NCBI GenBank assembly: GCA_963792515.1
Contig: CAWBWG010000007.1
Location: forward strand, 48,171-112,170
Origin: an uncultured Acidobacteriota bacterium
GTDB taxonomy: Bacteria; Acidobacteriota; Terriglobia; Acidiferrales; UBA7541
Length of the DNA: 64,000 nucleotides
Reading direction: 5' to 3'
Positions within the stretch are counted from its first letter, which is position 1; each line of letters opens with the position of its first letter. Below, piece after piece: positions 26,149 through 35,227 of this stretch. Below the pieces are notes generated by a model. That model saw only the letters and a program-made list of their open reading frames with translations. It had not been told where the DNA came from and did no database searches. Position numbers and translations under genes: made by a program.

Positions 26149-27990
26149 TCAGAAAAATTTGAACCACCGTGAAACTCCGAAGTAATAAGTAGAAACGTTG
26201 GCAGCGGGAAGCGGCGAGGCGCTGAAGCTTTGCTCCAGCCGGGCATAGCCACCCGTCAGGTACACTTTGCGGAACTGATATTGGGTGTAAACGGTGAGCT
26301 GCAAGTTCTTGTTCGAGGATGCCTGCGTGTCTCCGCCTGTATCGCTGGTGGACTTCGAGAAGCTCGCGCCGATCGTAAGTCTTCGCACCGGCGAAGCCCC
26401 CAGCCCGAAAGAATAACTCCTGCCGCCGTACAGAATGATGAGGCTCGAAGGTATAACCGGCGTAGGCACCGGCGTGACGACCAGCCCGGCTCCGGTCTGC
26501 ACTGCATTGCCATTGGCGGCGGCGTAGCTTCCCGTTAGGCTGGCCCAGCGTCCGAAGGTGAATCCGGTGGAATAGCTCTGACTGCGGCTTTCGGTTCCTG
26601 CTTGCTGCGTCAATGCAGTGCGTGATCCGGACGCGCTGGCGCTCCAATACACCGAACCGAAACGGCGTCTTACATTGCCAGAATAGTTGTAGTAACCGGT
26701 CGTGTAGGTCACCAGCAACGTCTGCGCGTTCTGCGCGTAGCTGAACGACGCGCCAAAAAACCATTTATGGATGCGCCGCGAGAAGTTAACCGTGCCGATC
26801 AGCCCGATGGTATTGACGTCCATGTTGTCGAGCCGCGTGTCATTCACGGTTCCGGACACGTTGAACGAACCACCCAGCAACGGCCGCGTGTAGAGAATAC
26901 TGCCGCCCGCGGAAGTTGCGCCCACGCTTTCGCCGAGGAAGGATTGATCGCGGCGCTCGACATCGCCGAGCAATTGCAGGTTCGGCAAAATCGCGTAACT
27001 GGCCACGCCCAACGCATCGAAGGAATCGGATTTCTCGTTACCGTTAGGAGGCAGTGGAACGCCCCCGCTCGAGGAAGCCGCTTCGAACAGCGTTCCGCCC
27101 AGATTATCCGAGTAATTCAGCCCCACTGACAGATGCAGCTTGTTGCTGGGCTGGATTCCGGCGTTTGCGGTGATGGAATCAACGGTGCCATTGAAGCTGA
27201 AGCCCTGATCGTCGGTGCTAAAAGACGAGCGCGTGAAAGTGGCGGAAAACCCACCGCGCATTGGCAGAGCGTGCGAAATATTGAATCCGAATCCATCCGT
27301 GCCCGTATCCGAGTTTACCGATTGATCGGTAGCAGTGAACAATTGCGGGATCACCGAATTGGACGTTCCATACTGAAAGAACGCGCCCATGGCGTATCCG
27401 TGCGTCAAATATCCCGAATGAATATTGATGGAATCAAAAGTCGTGCTTCCCGTGTCATTCGCGCCGTAAACTGAATAATCCGTGCTTCCTCTTTGAAATC
27501 CAAAAGTGAGGCTGGGCATATCCGGAACGTTTTCCGACCAATTGACGCCGAATGAATCGCTGTTTCCGTGCGTCGTGTAACTGGGCAGCCCCGGCAGCGC
27601 GAAATTCCCTTCGCTGTTATACGACCTCGAATAATTGACGGAACCCGGATAATTGCTGCCATTGAAAATTCCCGCGGCGAAATTCACACCACTGGCGTCG
27701 GAGATGGATTGATAATTGGAATCGGCGCGCGACTGATTCAGGTACGGCGTCACAGTGAACGATAGAAAATTGGGATCGTAAAAGTATCCTGCGAGAGTCG
27801 CCGTCCCGCCGAAATTCAAGCTGTGCTCCGAGGCCGTCTGATTCCCGTAGTCCGCGGAATATCCTCCCGAAACTACCCCGGTCAGGTTCATATTGACGTC
27901 GCCGGCTTGCACCTGCGCGGCCGCCGGGCGAGCCCAGAAAAGCAGCAGCCCCGCGGCTAGGCAATACGCGACTCGAGAAATCCGAAGCAA
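26149..27990 (-). CDS. outer-membrane beta-barrel-like protein (porin-like partner of the cytochromes)
   Basis: 613 aa. Signal peptide MLRISRVAYCLAAGLLLFWARPAAAQ. The sequence is Gly/Ser/Thr/Tyr/Asn-rich with alternating patterns, and ends ..YYFGVSRWFKFF (aromatic terminal residue). Confidence 0.7.
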   Translation of the reverse strand: MLRISRVAYCLAAGLLLFWARPAAAQVQAGDVNMNLTGVVSGGYSADYGNQTASEHSLNFGGTATLAGYFYDPNFLSFTVTPYLNQSRADSNYQSISDASGVNFAAGIFNGSNYPGSVNYSRSYNSEGNFALPGLPSYTTHGNSDSFGVNWSENVPDMPSLTFGFQRGSTDYSVYGANDTGSTTFDSINIHSGYLTHGYAMGAFFQYGTSNSVIPQLFTATDQSVNSDTGTDGFGFNISHALPMRGGFSATFTRSSFSTDDQGFSFNGTVDSITANAGIQPSNKLHLSVGLNYSDNLGGTLFEAASSSGGVPLPPNGNEKSDSFDALGVASYAILPNLQLLGDVERRDQSFLGESVGATSAGGSILYTRPLLGGSFNVSGTVNDTRLDNMDVNTIGLIGTVNFSRRIHKWFFGASFSYAQNAQTLLVTYTTGYYNYSGNVRRRFGSVYWSASASGSRTALTQQAGTESRSQSYSTGFTFGRWASLTGSYAAANGNAVQTGAGLVVTPVPTPVIPSSLIILYGGRSYSFGLGASPVRRLTIGASFSKSTSDTGGDTQASSNKNLQLTVYTQYQFRKVYLTGGYARLEQSFSASPLPAANVSTYYFGVSRWFKFF

Positions 27991-28005
27991 GTCCCCCTGC
28001 TCTCT

Positions 28006-29001
28006 TTACAGCACTTCGACCTTGGCCTTGCGCCGCAGGGCCTGATCCAGCGCGGCACGGAGCTGGTTGGTCTTCTTGCTTTCCAGCTCCTTGCGCAACT
28101 CGTTTTTTACGTCGGCAAATTTCGCCTTGCCCGCCGTTACGTGCTGGTTCAGCCGCACGATGGTGAAGGCTTGCTCGATTTGAATGATGCTGGTGATCTG
28201 CCCTGGCTGCATGGAGAGTAAGGCATGCACTACGGCGGGATCGAGCTTGGCACGCTCGACGAGCTTGTGGTCGCCCATCATTACCCGGTAGTCATCGTCC
28301 GATATTTTTTCGGCGAGCATTCCGAATTCTTCGTAGCTTTTGGTGGCCTTGGCCTGCCGCAACGCCTCTTCGGCGCGCCGGCGCCCTTCTTTCAATTGGT
28401 CGGCAGTCTGGTTCTTGGGCGGCAGAACCGAGATGGTCTGAAACGCGAAGGATTCCGGGTGCTCGAATCGCGCGGGGTTTTTGTCGTAGTAGGATCGCAG
28501 TTCCGCGTCCGACACGGTCGATTTCTGTTGCACCTCAATTTTCAGCAAGTCATCGATCAACAGGGAGCGGCGCACCCGCTGACGCACCAGTTCTTCCGAG
28601 TCGTGGAATTCCGTGTGGACGAATTCTTGATACAGAGCTGGACTGGCGAACTGGGCCCGGAAGTCCGCTTCGGCCTTTTGCAATTTCGAGGCGGGCACTG
28701 TCATTCCGCGGCGCAAAGCTTCCTGATATACCAGCTCCTCGAAAATAATCATTTTCATGGCGCCGTCGCGGATGCTTTCTTCCATTTCTTTGGGGAACCC
28801 GCCATTGTGCTGGCGCGCGTAGGGAAAGATCGCGAACATCTCGCGCAACAGGTCGCCATCGGTGAGAACGGTGCCGTTTACCCGAGCCACGGGCCGGCCC
28901 GTCGCGTGTATCTGCACGCTCTGCGACGGTGCTGAGTCTTGAGCAGACGCTGTCCCGAGCGCCGCTAGCACGAGCACGCCGACACCCAATTGAAAGTTCA
29001 T
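28006..29001 (-). CDS. periplasmic peptidyl-prolyl cis-trans isomerase (PpiC/parvulin, SurA/PrsA-like)
   Basis: Signal MNFQLGVGVLVLAALGTASAQ. SurA-N-like ARVNGTVLTDGDLLREM, and a rotamase-like block FEHPESFAFQTISVL..EFGMLAEKISDD..GDHKLVERAKLDPAV. Confidence 0.75.
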   Translation of the reverse strand: MNFQLGVGVLVLAALGTASAQDSAPSQSVQIHATGRPVARVNGTVLTDGDLLREMFAIFPYARQHNGGFPKEMEESIRDGAMKMIIFEELVYQEALRRGMTVPASKLQKAEADFRAQFASPALYQEFVHTEFHDSEELVRQRVRRSLLIDDLLKIEVQQKSTVSDAELRSYYDKNPARFEHPESFAFQTISVLPPKNQTADQLKEGRRRAEEALRQAKATKSYEEFGMLAEKISDDDYRVMMGDHKLVERAKLDPAVVHALLSMQPGQITSIIQIEQAFTIVRLNQHVTAGKAKFADVKNELRKELESKKTNQLRAALDQALRRKAKVEVL

Positions 29002-29067
29002 AGCGTTTTCAGGCTACTGACTGAGAAAACAAGAGGAGAGATTTCGCTCTCCCCTCGTAGGTTGAAG

Positions 29068-29946
29068 TTAGAAAGTGGTCCCCGCCGTACCGTTGTTCGA
29101 CTCGTTCGCTTCGCCGCCATGGCACTGACGGCAAAATTGCGCGTTCTGGTTCGAACCAGCGGTGGTTGAGGCCGGGTTATAAGGCGCCAGGATGAAAAAC
29201 ATCGTCTGGTAATAACCCGACGGCAGTCCAGTCTTCGGTCCGTTGGTGACCTTCACCACGTTCATCAGGTGCTGGTTGTGGCAGGTCGTGCAGACGACGA
29301 CTGGCGAAGTGTTGTTGTAGTTCCCAGGTGCGACAAAAAAGCCATAGTTCGTGATGAACTTGGCGAAATTGGTGCCCGAGGGAACGTTAATCGCTCCGGC
29401 GGTAATGGTGCAATCCCAGTTGTACTGTCCGCCGCAACCAATGATGGCGTTCAGTCCGACTGGATGGTCGTTGAGGTACCCCAGACTATCGGCGCCCAGT
29501 AACGTAGGAATTTCGTTAAAGGTACCGTAAGTGGATGGGAGCGTCTCATAGACCTGGTTCTTCATCATCGCGCCCGTGGCATAGTTGCCGTCATGGCAAC
29601 TGAGACAGGTCAACAGCCCCAAGACATCGGGGGTGGTGGCCGTTAGGCTGGCCGGCAGAGTCTCGACGTAAAACGTGCCGGCTCGTGACTGGCCAGTGTT
29701 GATGACCTTGTTGTACAGATTGCCGACATCCTGGCCCCAGAGCGCAACCGCTCCGGCATTTGGGTCGCCGGATTTGTTGGCTCCGTTGCCCGATGCGCCG
29801 CTATGCGGAGCATGGCAAGCCGTGCAACCACGGCCATAGTTAAGGTGGGCGCCGAGGACGTCCGTCGACGGCGAAAAGCCGGACTGGGCTGCAGCAATTC
29901 CTGCACTGCCCAGCACGACGATTAGGGTTAACAATACTTTCTTCAT
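29068..29946 (-). CDS. tetraheme c-type cytochrome (292 aa), secreted
   Basis: ATG at 29946 preceded by GGGAGG. Signal MKKVLLTLIVVLGSAGIAAAQ. Motifs CTACH, CLSCH, CTTCH, CRQCH. The N-terminal module GCTACHAPHSG..ALWGQ resembles SCTYCHAPHSG..PLWNQ of the 665-aa cytochrome. Confidence 0.85.
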   Translation of the reverse strand: MKKVLLTLIVVLGSAGIAAAQSGFSPSTDVLGAHLNYGRGCTACHAPHSGASGNGANKSGDPNAGAVALWGQDVGNLYNKVINTGQSRAGTFYVETLPASLTATTPDVLGLLTCLSCHDGNYATGAMMKNQVYETLPSTYGTFNEIPTLLGADSLGYLNDHPVGLNAIIGCGGQYNWDCTITAGAINVPSGTNFAKFITNYGFFVAPGNYNNTSPVVVCTTCHNQHLMNVVKVTNGPKTGLPSGYYQTMFFILAPYNPASTTAGSNQNAQFCRQCHGGEANESNNGTAGTTF

Positions 29947-30083
29947 GAACAAACCTCCCAATCGTGCTGCAGCACTTCCATTGCTACTGAAACTGCTGCT
30001 ACGAAAGCCGGACAAGTAGGCCTGCTCTTGTTCGTCTCTCTTCTTGGTTGTCACCCGACCAACCAAAAACTCTTGCCCGCCGG

Positions 30084-31358
30084 TTACTGCGCGGTGGAAC
30101 TCTGTGCCTTGGCGGACGGGTCAGCCTTCGGCGACGCCGAATCGGCCGGCTTTGGCGCGGCCTGTTGCGGCGACGCTTCGCGGCGCGCTTTCTCCGCCGC
30201 GGCTTCCGCATCCGTCACGTACTGAAACATCTGCATCCGGCCCGGATATTGTTCGCTGGTGAAGACGTGGTTCTGTTTGTCGATGGCGATGCCCACCAGC
30301 GCTCCGAATTGTCCGGGAAAATTTCCGTGCCCGCCGATCCAGGTGAGCAACTGCCCCTCACGGTTGAAGACCTGCACGCGATCCTGATACGCGTCCGCGA
30401 TCCAGATGTGCCCGTCGGAATCGATGGCGATTCCTTTCGGCCGCGCCAGGTATCCCGGTCCATCGCCGTGCTGTCCGAACATGCCGATGAACTTCCCGTC
30501 GGCATCGAACATTTCCACGCGGTTGTTCATCGTGTCGGTCACATACACATTGCGGTCTTTGTCCAACGCCACATTCGATGGCGCGCCAAAATCTCCCGGC
30601 GTGGTGAGCCAATGGTTTTTGCCCGCGGTGCCGATTTTGCGCACCAGCTTCAAAGTGTCTGCGTCGAACACGATCACCTGGTCTTGCTGCGTATCCACTA
30701 CGTACAGATAGCGGTTCTCCGTGTCGATCGCCAGGCCCACGGGATCCACGAGTCCTTCGTCGATCTTGTTGATCACTTGATGCTTTCCATCAAACACCAG
30801 CACGCGGTGCAGCTTGCCATCCGAGACGAACAGGCGATCGTCATCGTCAATTGCCAGTCCGTTGACCAACCCGAAATGCGCTTCATAGCCGTTGCGGATC
30901 AGTTGCACGTCGCGCGTATCGGTATTAAATATGAAAACGGCTCCCACTTTCTGATCGGCGACGTACACCAGACCCTTGGAATCGATGGCAATCCCGTAGG
31001 GCGAGATCATTTGGAACGGAAACGTCTTCACATCGAATTTCTCGGTCTGTGGCTGCTCGCCTGCTAAACGGTCCATCCAACTCTGCTTTTTCTTCTTAGG
31101 TGCGGGACTCGTGTCGATCTTTTCGCCCGCGAAGTAATTCAGGTAACGCACGCGCGCGATCGATGGAGGGCTGGGCCACACCAGCATCGATAAATCGATC
31201 TGCACTTTCGGCTTGGCCGCCTGGTCGGCCGCCGTATCGGCCTTCTTCTTCTTTTGGTTATCGGCAAAATTGGCGAACGGTAAAGCCAGTACTACCGCCA
31301 GCAGCCCCGCGATGGCTGCTCCGTTTCGGCACGCCGCTCGTATCGCAATCCTTTTCAT
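30084..31358 (-). CDS. NHL-repeat beta-propeller protein with a Lys/Pro/Ala-rich C-terminal tail
   Basis: Anchor or signal AIAGLLAVVLALPFANFA. Blades PYGIAIDSKGLVYVAD, VNGLAIDDDDRLFVSD, PVGLAIDTENRYLYVVD, PSNVALDKDRNVYVTD, PKGIAIDSDGHIWIAD, LVGIAIDKQNHVF. Confidence 0.85.
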   Translation of the reverse strand: MKRIAIRAACRNGAAIAGLLAVVLALPFANFADNQKKKKADTAADQAAKPKVQIDLSMLVWPSPPSIARVRYLNYFAGEKIDTSPAPKKKKQSWMDRLAGEQPQTEKFDVKTFPFQMISPYGIAIDSKGLVYVADQKVGAVFIFNTDTRDVQLIRNGYEAHFGLVNGLAIDDDDRLFVSDGKLHRVLVFDGKHQVINKIDEGLVDPVGLAIDTENRYLYVVDTQQDQVIVFDADTLKLVRKIGTAGKNHWLTTPGDFGAPSNVALDKDRNVYVTDTMNNRVEMFDADGKFIGMFGQHGDGPGYLARPKGIAIDSDGHIWIADAYQDRVQVFNREGQLLTWIGGHGNFPGQFGALVGIAIDKQNHVFTSEQYPGRMQMFQYVTDAEAAAEKARREASPQQAAPKPADSASPKADPSAKAQSSTAQ

Positions 31359-31372
31359 TGCTTCACTCCAAA

Positions 31373-32812
31373 TTATCGGCTCATGTCGATCCGGTTTCTG
31401 TGACAGCCGTCACAGAAGGCCATATTGTTTTCCTGGTCTTTCACCAGTAGTCCGGCGTGCGCCGAGGAGTGCGGCTGGTGGCAGCTCATGCAACTCAGCG
31501 AGAAACGCACTTTGGTGATGTCTTTCGGATCGGGCACATCCGAAACCGGATGCCCGTCGACGGGATGGCCAAATCCGAATCGCAGCGGCAGGATCGGTAC
31601 GCGGTTCTTCTTGTAATAGTCATCCGGAAGCTTCACGGCCCCGTTGAAAATGGTCAGCACGTGCTCCGCTTCCAGCTTCTGGGGCACCGAATCGGGGCCA
31701 TGGCACTCGAGGCAGAGCGCATCGCCTTGCGCGCGCAGTAGATGTTCGCTGTCGTTGCCGTGAGGGTCGTGACAGGTCGCGCAGCCCTGCTGGTATGCCG
31801 GCTGATGCAACACGCGCTTTTTGCCCTCGTCGGCTTGCGTGATATGGCAGCCCAGACACACGTTCACGGCATCCGGCTTCGGAAAGCCGGGCGACGCTCC
31901 GGCATGCGGGTTGTGGCAGTCCGTGCAATCCCCCTGCGCCCCGGGATGCTGCACTTTTGCCGTTTCGATCTGCTTGGCTTTGTCCGCGTGGCACGTGACG
32001 CACAGTTCCTTGGCCGACGCCTGCGTCAACACCACTTTCCCGTCTTTAGCCGGCTGGTGGCAAAGCTCGCATTGCTTTTCCGCGAACGGCGGGTGAACGA
32101 ATGCCTGCATCAGCTTGGGCCGCTCGGACTCATGTGGGCTATGGCAGGCCAGGCAATCAGCGCTCTCGAACGGCTGATTCTGATGGGCCTTAGCCAGATT
32201 GGCGTCTTTCACGTCATGGCAATCGACGCACAGCGCTGGAACCGTTTTGGTGAGATGAAATTTAAATTCGAGGTTGAGAGGGTCGCCCGTTTTGTGCGTG
32301 ACGTGGCAGGTATCGCAGCCCAGATCGAGTGCGGCATGGCGGCTGCCGGCCGCGGAAGGGTGGGCGCCCGTGGCGTGGCAATCGAGGCAGAGGTTTTCTT
32401 TGGCGCCGCCCGACATGGGCTTCAGCAGTTGAAACTTGTTGTCGGAGGAATGCGGATCATGGCATTTCAGGCAGTCGCGGACTGCTGGCGGATGCACCGC
32501 CCCTTTAATTTGCGTTGCATCCTTATCAACATGGCAGGTCAGACAGAGCCCGTAAACGGTGGTGGTGATCAATTTCACGCGCGTTACGTCGCGATTGACG
32601 CGCACCTCGTGGCACGAAGTGCATCCTAGCGCCATGGCGGAATGTACGGATTTGCCCTTGGTCTGATCAACATGGCATTCCAGGCATTTTGCTGACGGCG
32701 TGTTCTTCTCGAGCGGAACGGGATGAACATCGGCGCGTGCCGTCGCGGCGCCGCAGAGCGCGAGGAAGGCATACAACAACGCTCTCAGTCCGCCGGATGC
32801 ACACTGGCGCAC
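31373..32812 (-). CDS. 16-heme c-type cytochrome (c7/c3-type repeats), periplasmic or secreted
   Basis: I counted 16 CXXCH motifs, from CLECH through to CDGCH. A GTG at 32812 gives MRQCASGGLRALLYAFLALCGAATARA (signal-like). The track ORF extension to 33034 has no signal and looks non-coding. Confidence 0.85.
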   Translation of the reverse strand: MRQCASGGLRALLYAFLALCGAATARADVHPVPLEKNTPSAKCLECHVDQTKGKSVHSAMALGCTSCHEVRVNRDVTRVKLITTTVYGLCLTCHVDKDATQIKGAVHPPAVRDCLKCHDPHSSDNKFQLLKPMSGGAKENLCLDCHATGAHPSAAGSRHAALDLGCDTCHVTHKTGDPLNLEFKFHLTKTVPALCVDCHDVKDANLAKAHQNQPFESADCLACHSPHESERPKLMQAFVHPPFAEKQCELCHQPAKDGKVVLTQASAKELCVTCHADKAKQIETAKVQHPGAQGDCTDCHNPHAGASPGFPKPDAVNVCLGCHITQADEGKKRVLHQPAYQQGCATCHDPHGNDSEHLLRAQGDALCLECHGPDSVPQKLEAEHVLTIFNGAVKLPDDYYKKNRVPILPLRFGFGHPVDGHPVSDVPDPKDITKVRFSLSCMSCHQPHSSAHAGLLVKDQENNMAFCDGCHRNRIDMSR

Positions 32813-33090
32813 TGGCGCACCCGCATTGGTGCTATAGCAGAGCCTCGCTCGTCGCACATTGCTCCTGCTGTGAATAGGACGCACGTCCCGCGGAGGGAGA
32901 AATGCTGCCCTAGCGTACTGCGCCGGGGGGATCGTTGCAAGAGCCGTGCCATTTGTGGGTTTCGCCCCGAGGGCTGCTGGCCCACGAACTCCCCTGAAAC
33001 GCTCGCCAGGTTGAAAGTTGCGGAAAGAGGTCAAAGAGGCTCACAGTACCGCAATGGAATTCGGCAACCATGGAATTCCCGAAACGGAAA

Positions 33091-33266
33091 GTAGCGCTGG
33101 CGTCTCTGCCGGCATCTTACGATTACAACTGCAACCACCGGCAACAATCACGGCCGGACCTCGCCGCCCGATCATGTCAACGCATCAGATGTTGTGCCGC
33201 GCCTTTGATCTCAGCCCGTTCGATCACGCATTGCCAAAAGTGCCGGCAGAGACGCCGGCGGTTCGG
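33091..33266. repeat. REP doublet (REPIN-like), family 2
   Basis: GTAGCGCTGGCGTCTCTGCCGGCATCTTAC at 33091-33120, with an inverted partner AAGTGCCGGCAGAGACGCCGGCGGTTCGG at 33238-33266. Confidence 0.7.
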
Positions 33267-33405
33267 AAATCCCACGAAATTCTGTATCAGGCCTGTTAAC
33301 GCAACGCCTTGCTGGCGCGTCTAGCTGCTAGTACGCGAGCATCCCATGCCGGCAAGCCTAGGAAGCCGAGTTGACATTCGCGCGGGAATCGTGGGATTAC
33401 CGGGT

Positions 33406-33984
33406 ATGAGCGATTCGCACGCGCGCGCAGCCGAGCCGCCATCGGACGACGCGATGCTGGTGGAAGCGGCGCGCCGCGGCGATCGCAGCGCCTATGGCCG
33501 TCTCTACGATCGCTATGCGCACATGGTTCACGGGATTCTGCTCGCGCGCGTGCCGCCCAACGAAGTCGACGACCTGACTCAGGATGTGTTTCTGAAAGCC
33601 ATGCCGCGTCTCGGCTCGTTGCGCGAGGCGGCGCGCTTCGGTGCCTGGCTGGCGGCGATCGCTCGCAATCGCGCCAATGATTTCTTCCGGCGGGCGAAGC
33701 CGACTGCGGATTTGAGCGAATCGCTGGTAGTCGAAAAAATCGAAGACCGCGCCGCTAGCAGCGCCCAAATTGCGGAGGCGTCAGCGATTCTGGAAGCCAT
33801 CCGCACGCTGCCCGACGCGTATCGCGAGACGCTAATTTTGCGGCTGGTCGAAGGCATGACCGGCCCCGAAATTGCCGCGCGCACCGGCCTGGCGCCCGGC
33901 TCGGTGCGCGTGAATCTGCATCGCGGGATGCAGCAATTGCGCGAGAAACTCGGTGTCCGTTCGTCACATGCCGCGGCTCTCTAG
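33406..33984 (+). CDS. ECF-type RNA polymerase sigma-70 family factor
   Basis: From the ATG at 33406: ..LVEAARRGDRSAYGRLYDRYAHMVHGILLARVPPNEVDDLTQDVFLKAM (region 2) and ..YRETLILRLVEGMTGPEIAARTGLAPGSVRVNLHRGMQQLR (region 4). Confidence 0.85.
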   Translation: MSDSHARAAEPPSDDAMLVEAARRGDRSAYGRLYDRYAHMVHGILLARVPPNEVDDLTQDVFLKAMPRLGSLREAARFGAWLAAIARNRANDFFRRAKPTADLSESLVVEKIEDRAASSAQIAEASAILEAIRTLPDAYRETLILRLVEGMTGPEIAARTGLAPGSVRVNLHRGMQQLREKLGVRSSHAAAL

Positions 33985-34064
33985 ATGCTTTGCCCGGCAA
34001 TCCCGGACGAAATGAAAAAGCCGTGCGATGCCTGAGTAGGGAATTGGTGCCAGAAGGACAACTT

Positions 34065-35138
34065 ATGAATGATGATTATCTCTGGGATGGCTCAGGTGAG
34101 TCGGATCCCGAAATCCAAAAACTCGAGAGCACGCTGGGACGCTTCCGTCACAATCTTTCAGCGCCGGATTTTCACAATCTGAACGCAGCGACGCAGTCTT
34201 CTCCGCTGCGCCGGCGATTCCGTTTCAGTTTCGCAGTTGCGTCCGCATGTCTCGCAACGGCCGCAGCACTCACGGTAGCGGCTGTGCAGTACGAGAATTA
34301 TTTGCACCGGATCTCGTTGAGCGAGCCCGCCTGGCGCGTCGCAACGCAAGCCGGAATGCCACGGATTGGTTCAAACGGAATCGGCATCGATGGAAAAGCG
34401 GCATCCTTGCGCATTGGAGAAACTCTCGAGACCGATAGCAACTCGCGCGCGTCAATCGTAGACGGTGCGACAGGAGACATCCAGGTCGATCCAGACACGC
34501 GCGTACGCGCCGTCGAATCGCGCTCTGGCACCAAGCGGCTCGCTCTCGACCGCGGCACGATTCACGCGCAAATCTGGGCCCCCGCAGGCCGCTTCGTCGT
34601 CGACACGCCCTCAGCCGTCGCCGTTGATCTCGGCTGCGTCTACACTCTCCACGTAGACGATTCCGGCGCGGGCCTGCTGCAAACTTCCTTCGGCTGGGTC
34701 GGCTTCAAACTCGACGGGCACGAGTCGTTCATTCCGACGGGCGCGGCCTGCGCCACGCATCCGAACTCAGGCCCCGGCACACCGTATTTCGAAGATTCAT
34801 CGCAGAAATTCCGAGAAGCGCTAACTCAATTCGATTCCAGCAGCCCCGCACCAGCCGAACGAGAAGCCGCGCTAAGTGTTGTCCTCGCGGCAGCCCGCAA
34901 ACGCGACGCATTCACCCTATGGCATTTGCTCTCGCGCGTGGACGAATCCGATCGAACTCGCGTCTACGACCGGCTAGCATCTCTCGTTCCTCCTCCGCGC
35001 GAAGTCACCGGCGATGGCATCCTGCGCCTCGATCGCCCCATGCTCGATCGCTGGTGGGACCAGTTGGGTCTCGGCGACATAAAACTCTGGCGCAATTGGG
35101 AGCGCAATTGGCCGGAGGCGTCTCGCGCAGCCAAATAA
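34065..35138 (+). CDS. anti-sigma factor, FecR-like, single-pass membrane protein
   Basis: ATG at 34065 (MNDDYLWDGSGESDPEIQKLE). TM segment FSFAVASACLATAAALTVAAV. FecR-like block LRIGETLETDSNSRASIVDGATGDIQVDPDTRV..GTIHAQIWAPAGRFVVDTPSAVAVDLGCVY. Confidence 0.7.
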   Translation: MNDDYLWDGSGESDPEIQKLESTLGRFRHNLSAPDFHNLNAATQSSPLRRRFRFSFAVASACLATAAALTVAAVQYENYLHRISLSEPAWRVATQAGMPRIGSNGIGIDGKAASLRIGETLETDSNSRASIVDGATGDIQVDPDTRVRAVESRSGTKRLALDRGTIHAQIWAPAGRFVVDTPSAVAVDLGCVYTLHVDDSGAGLLQTSFGWVGFKLDGHESFIPTGAACATHPNSGPGTPYFEDSSQKFREALTQFDSSSPAPAEREAALSVVLAAARKRDAFTLWHLLSRVDESDRTRVYDRLASLVPPPREVTGDGILRLDRPMLDRWWDQLGLGDIKLWRNWERNWPEASRAAK

Positions 35139-35227
35139 ATCCGTCAGATTCTCACCTCCGTTAACGCCAGCATCGCCCCGCGCGTCTTGCCTTTCGTAAC
35201 TCAGCATCTCTCGAAAGGATCTCGCGC

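Noticed and set aside
25064-26764. Long N-terminal extensions of track ORFs 25064..26764, 29068..30066, 31373..33034, 11114..12280, 37032..38258 and 38730..39557
   Set aside because: The extensions overlap the upstream gene or lack signal peptides. Internal starts give signal peptides and/or Shine-Dalgarno sequences. Shorter starts were chosen.
30003-30025. 10-nt match (CCGGACAAGT) to the cassette-array repeat core inside the cytochrome operon spacer
   Set aside because: Only 10 nt are shared, with no hairpin partner. This is likely coincidence.
33371-33408. TTGACA at 33371 as the -35 of a leaderless promoter for the ECF sigma gene
   Set aside because: The best -10 candidate (GATTAC or GGATTA, 17-18 nt downstream) lacks the conserved final T and is weak. 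It is not reported as a feature.
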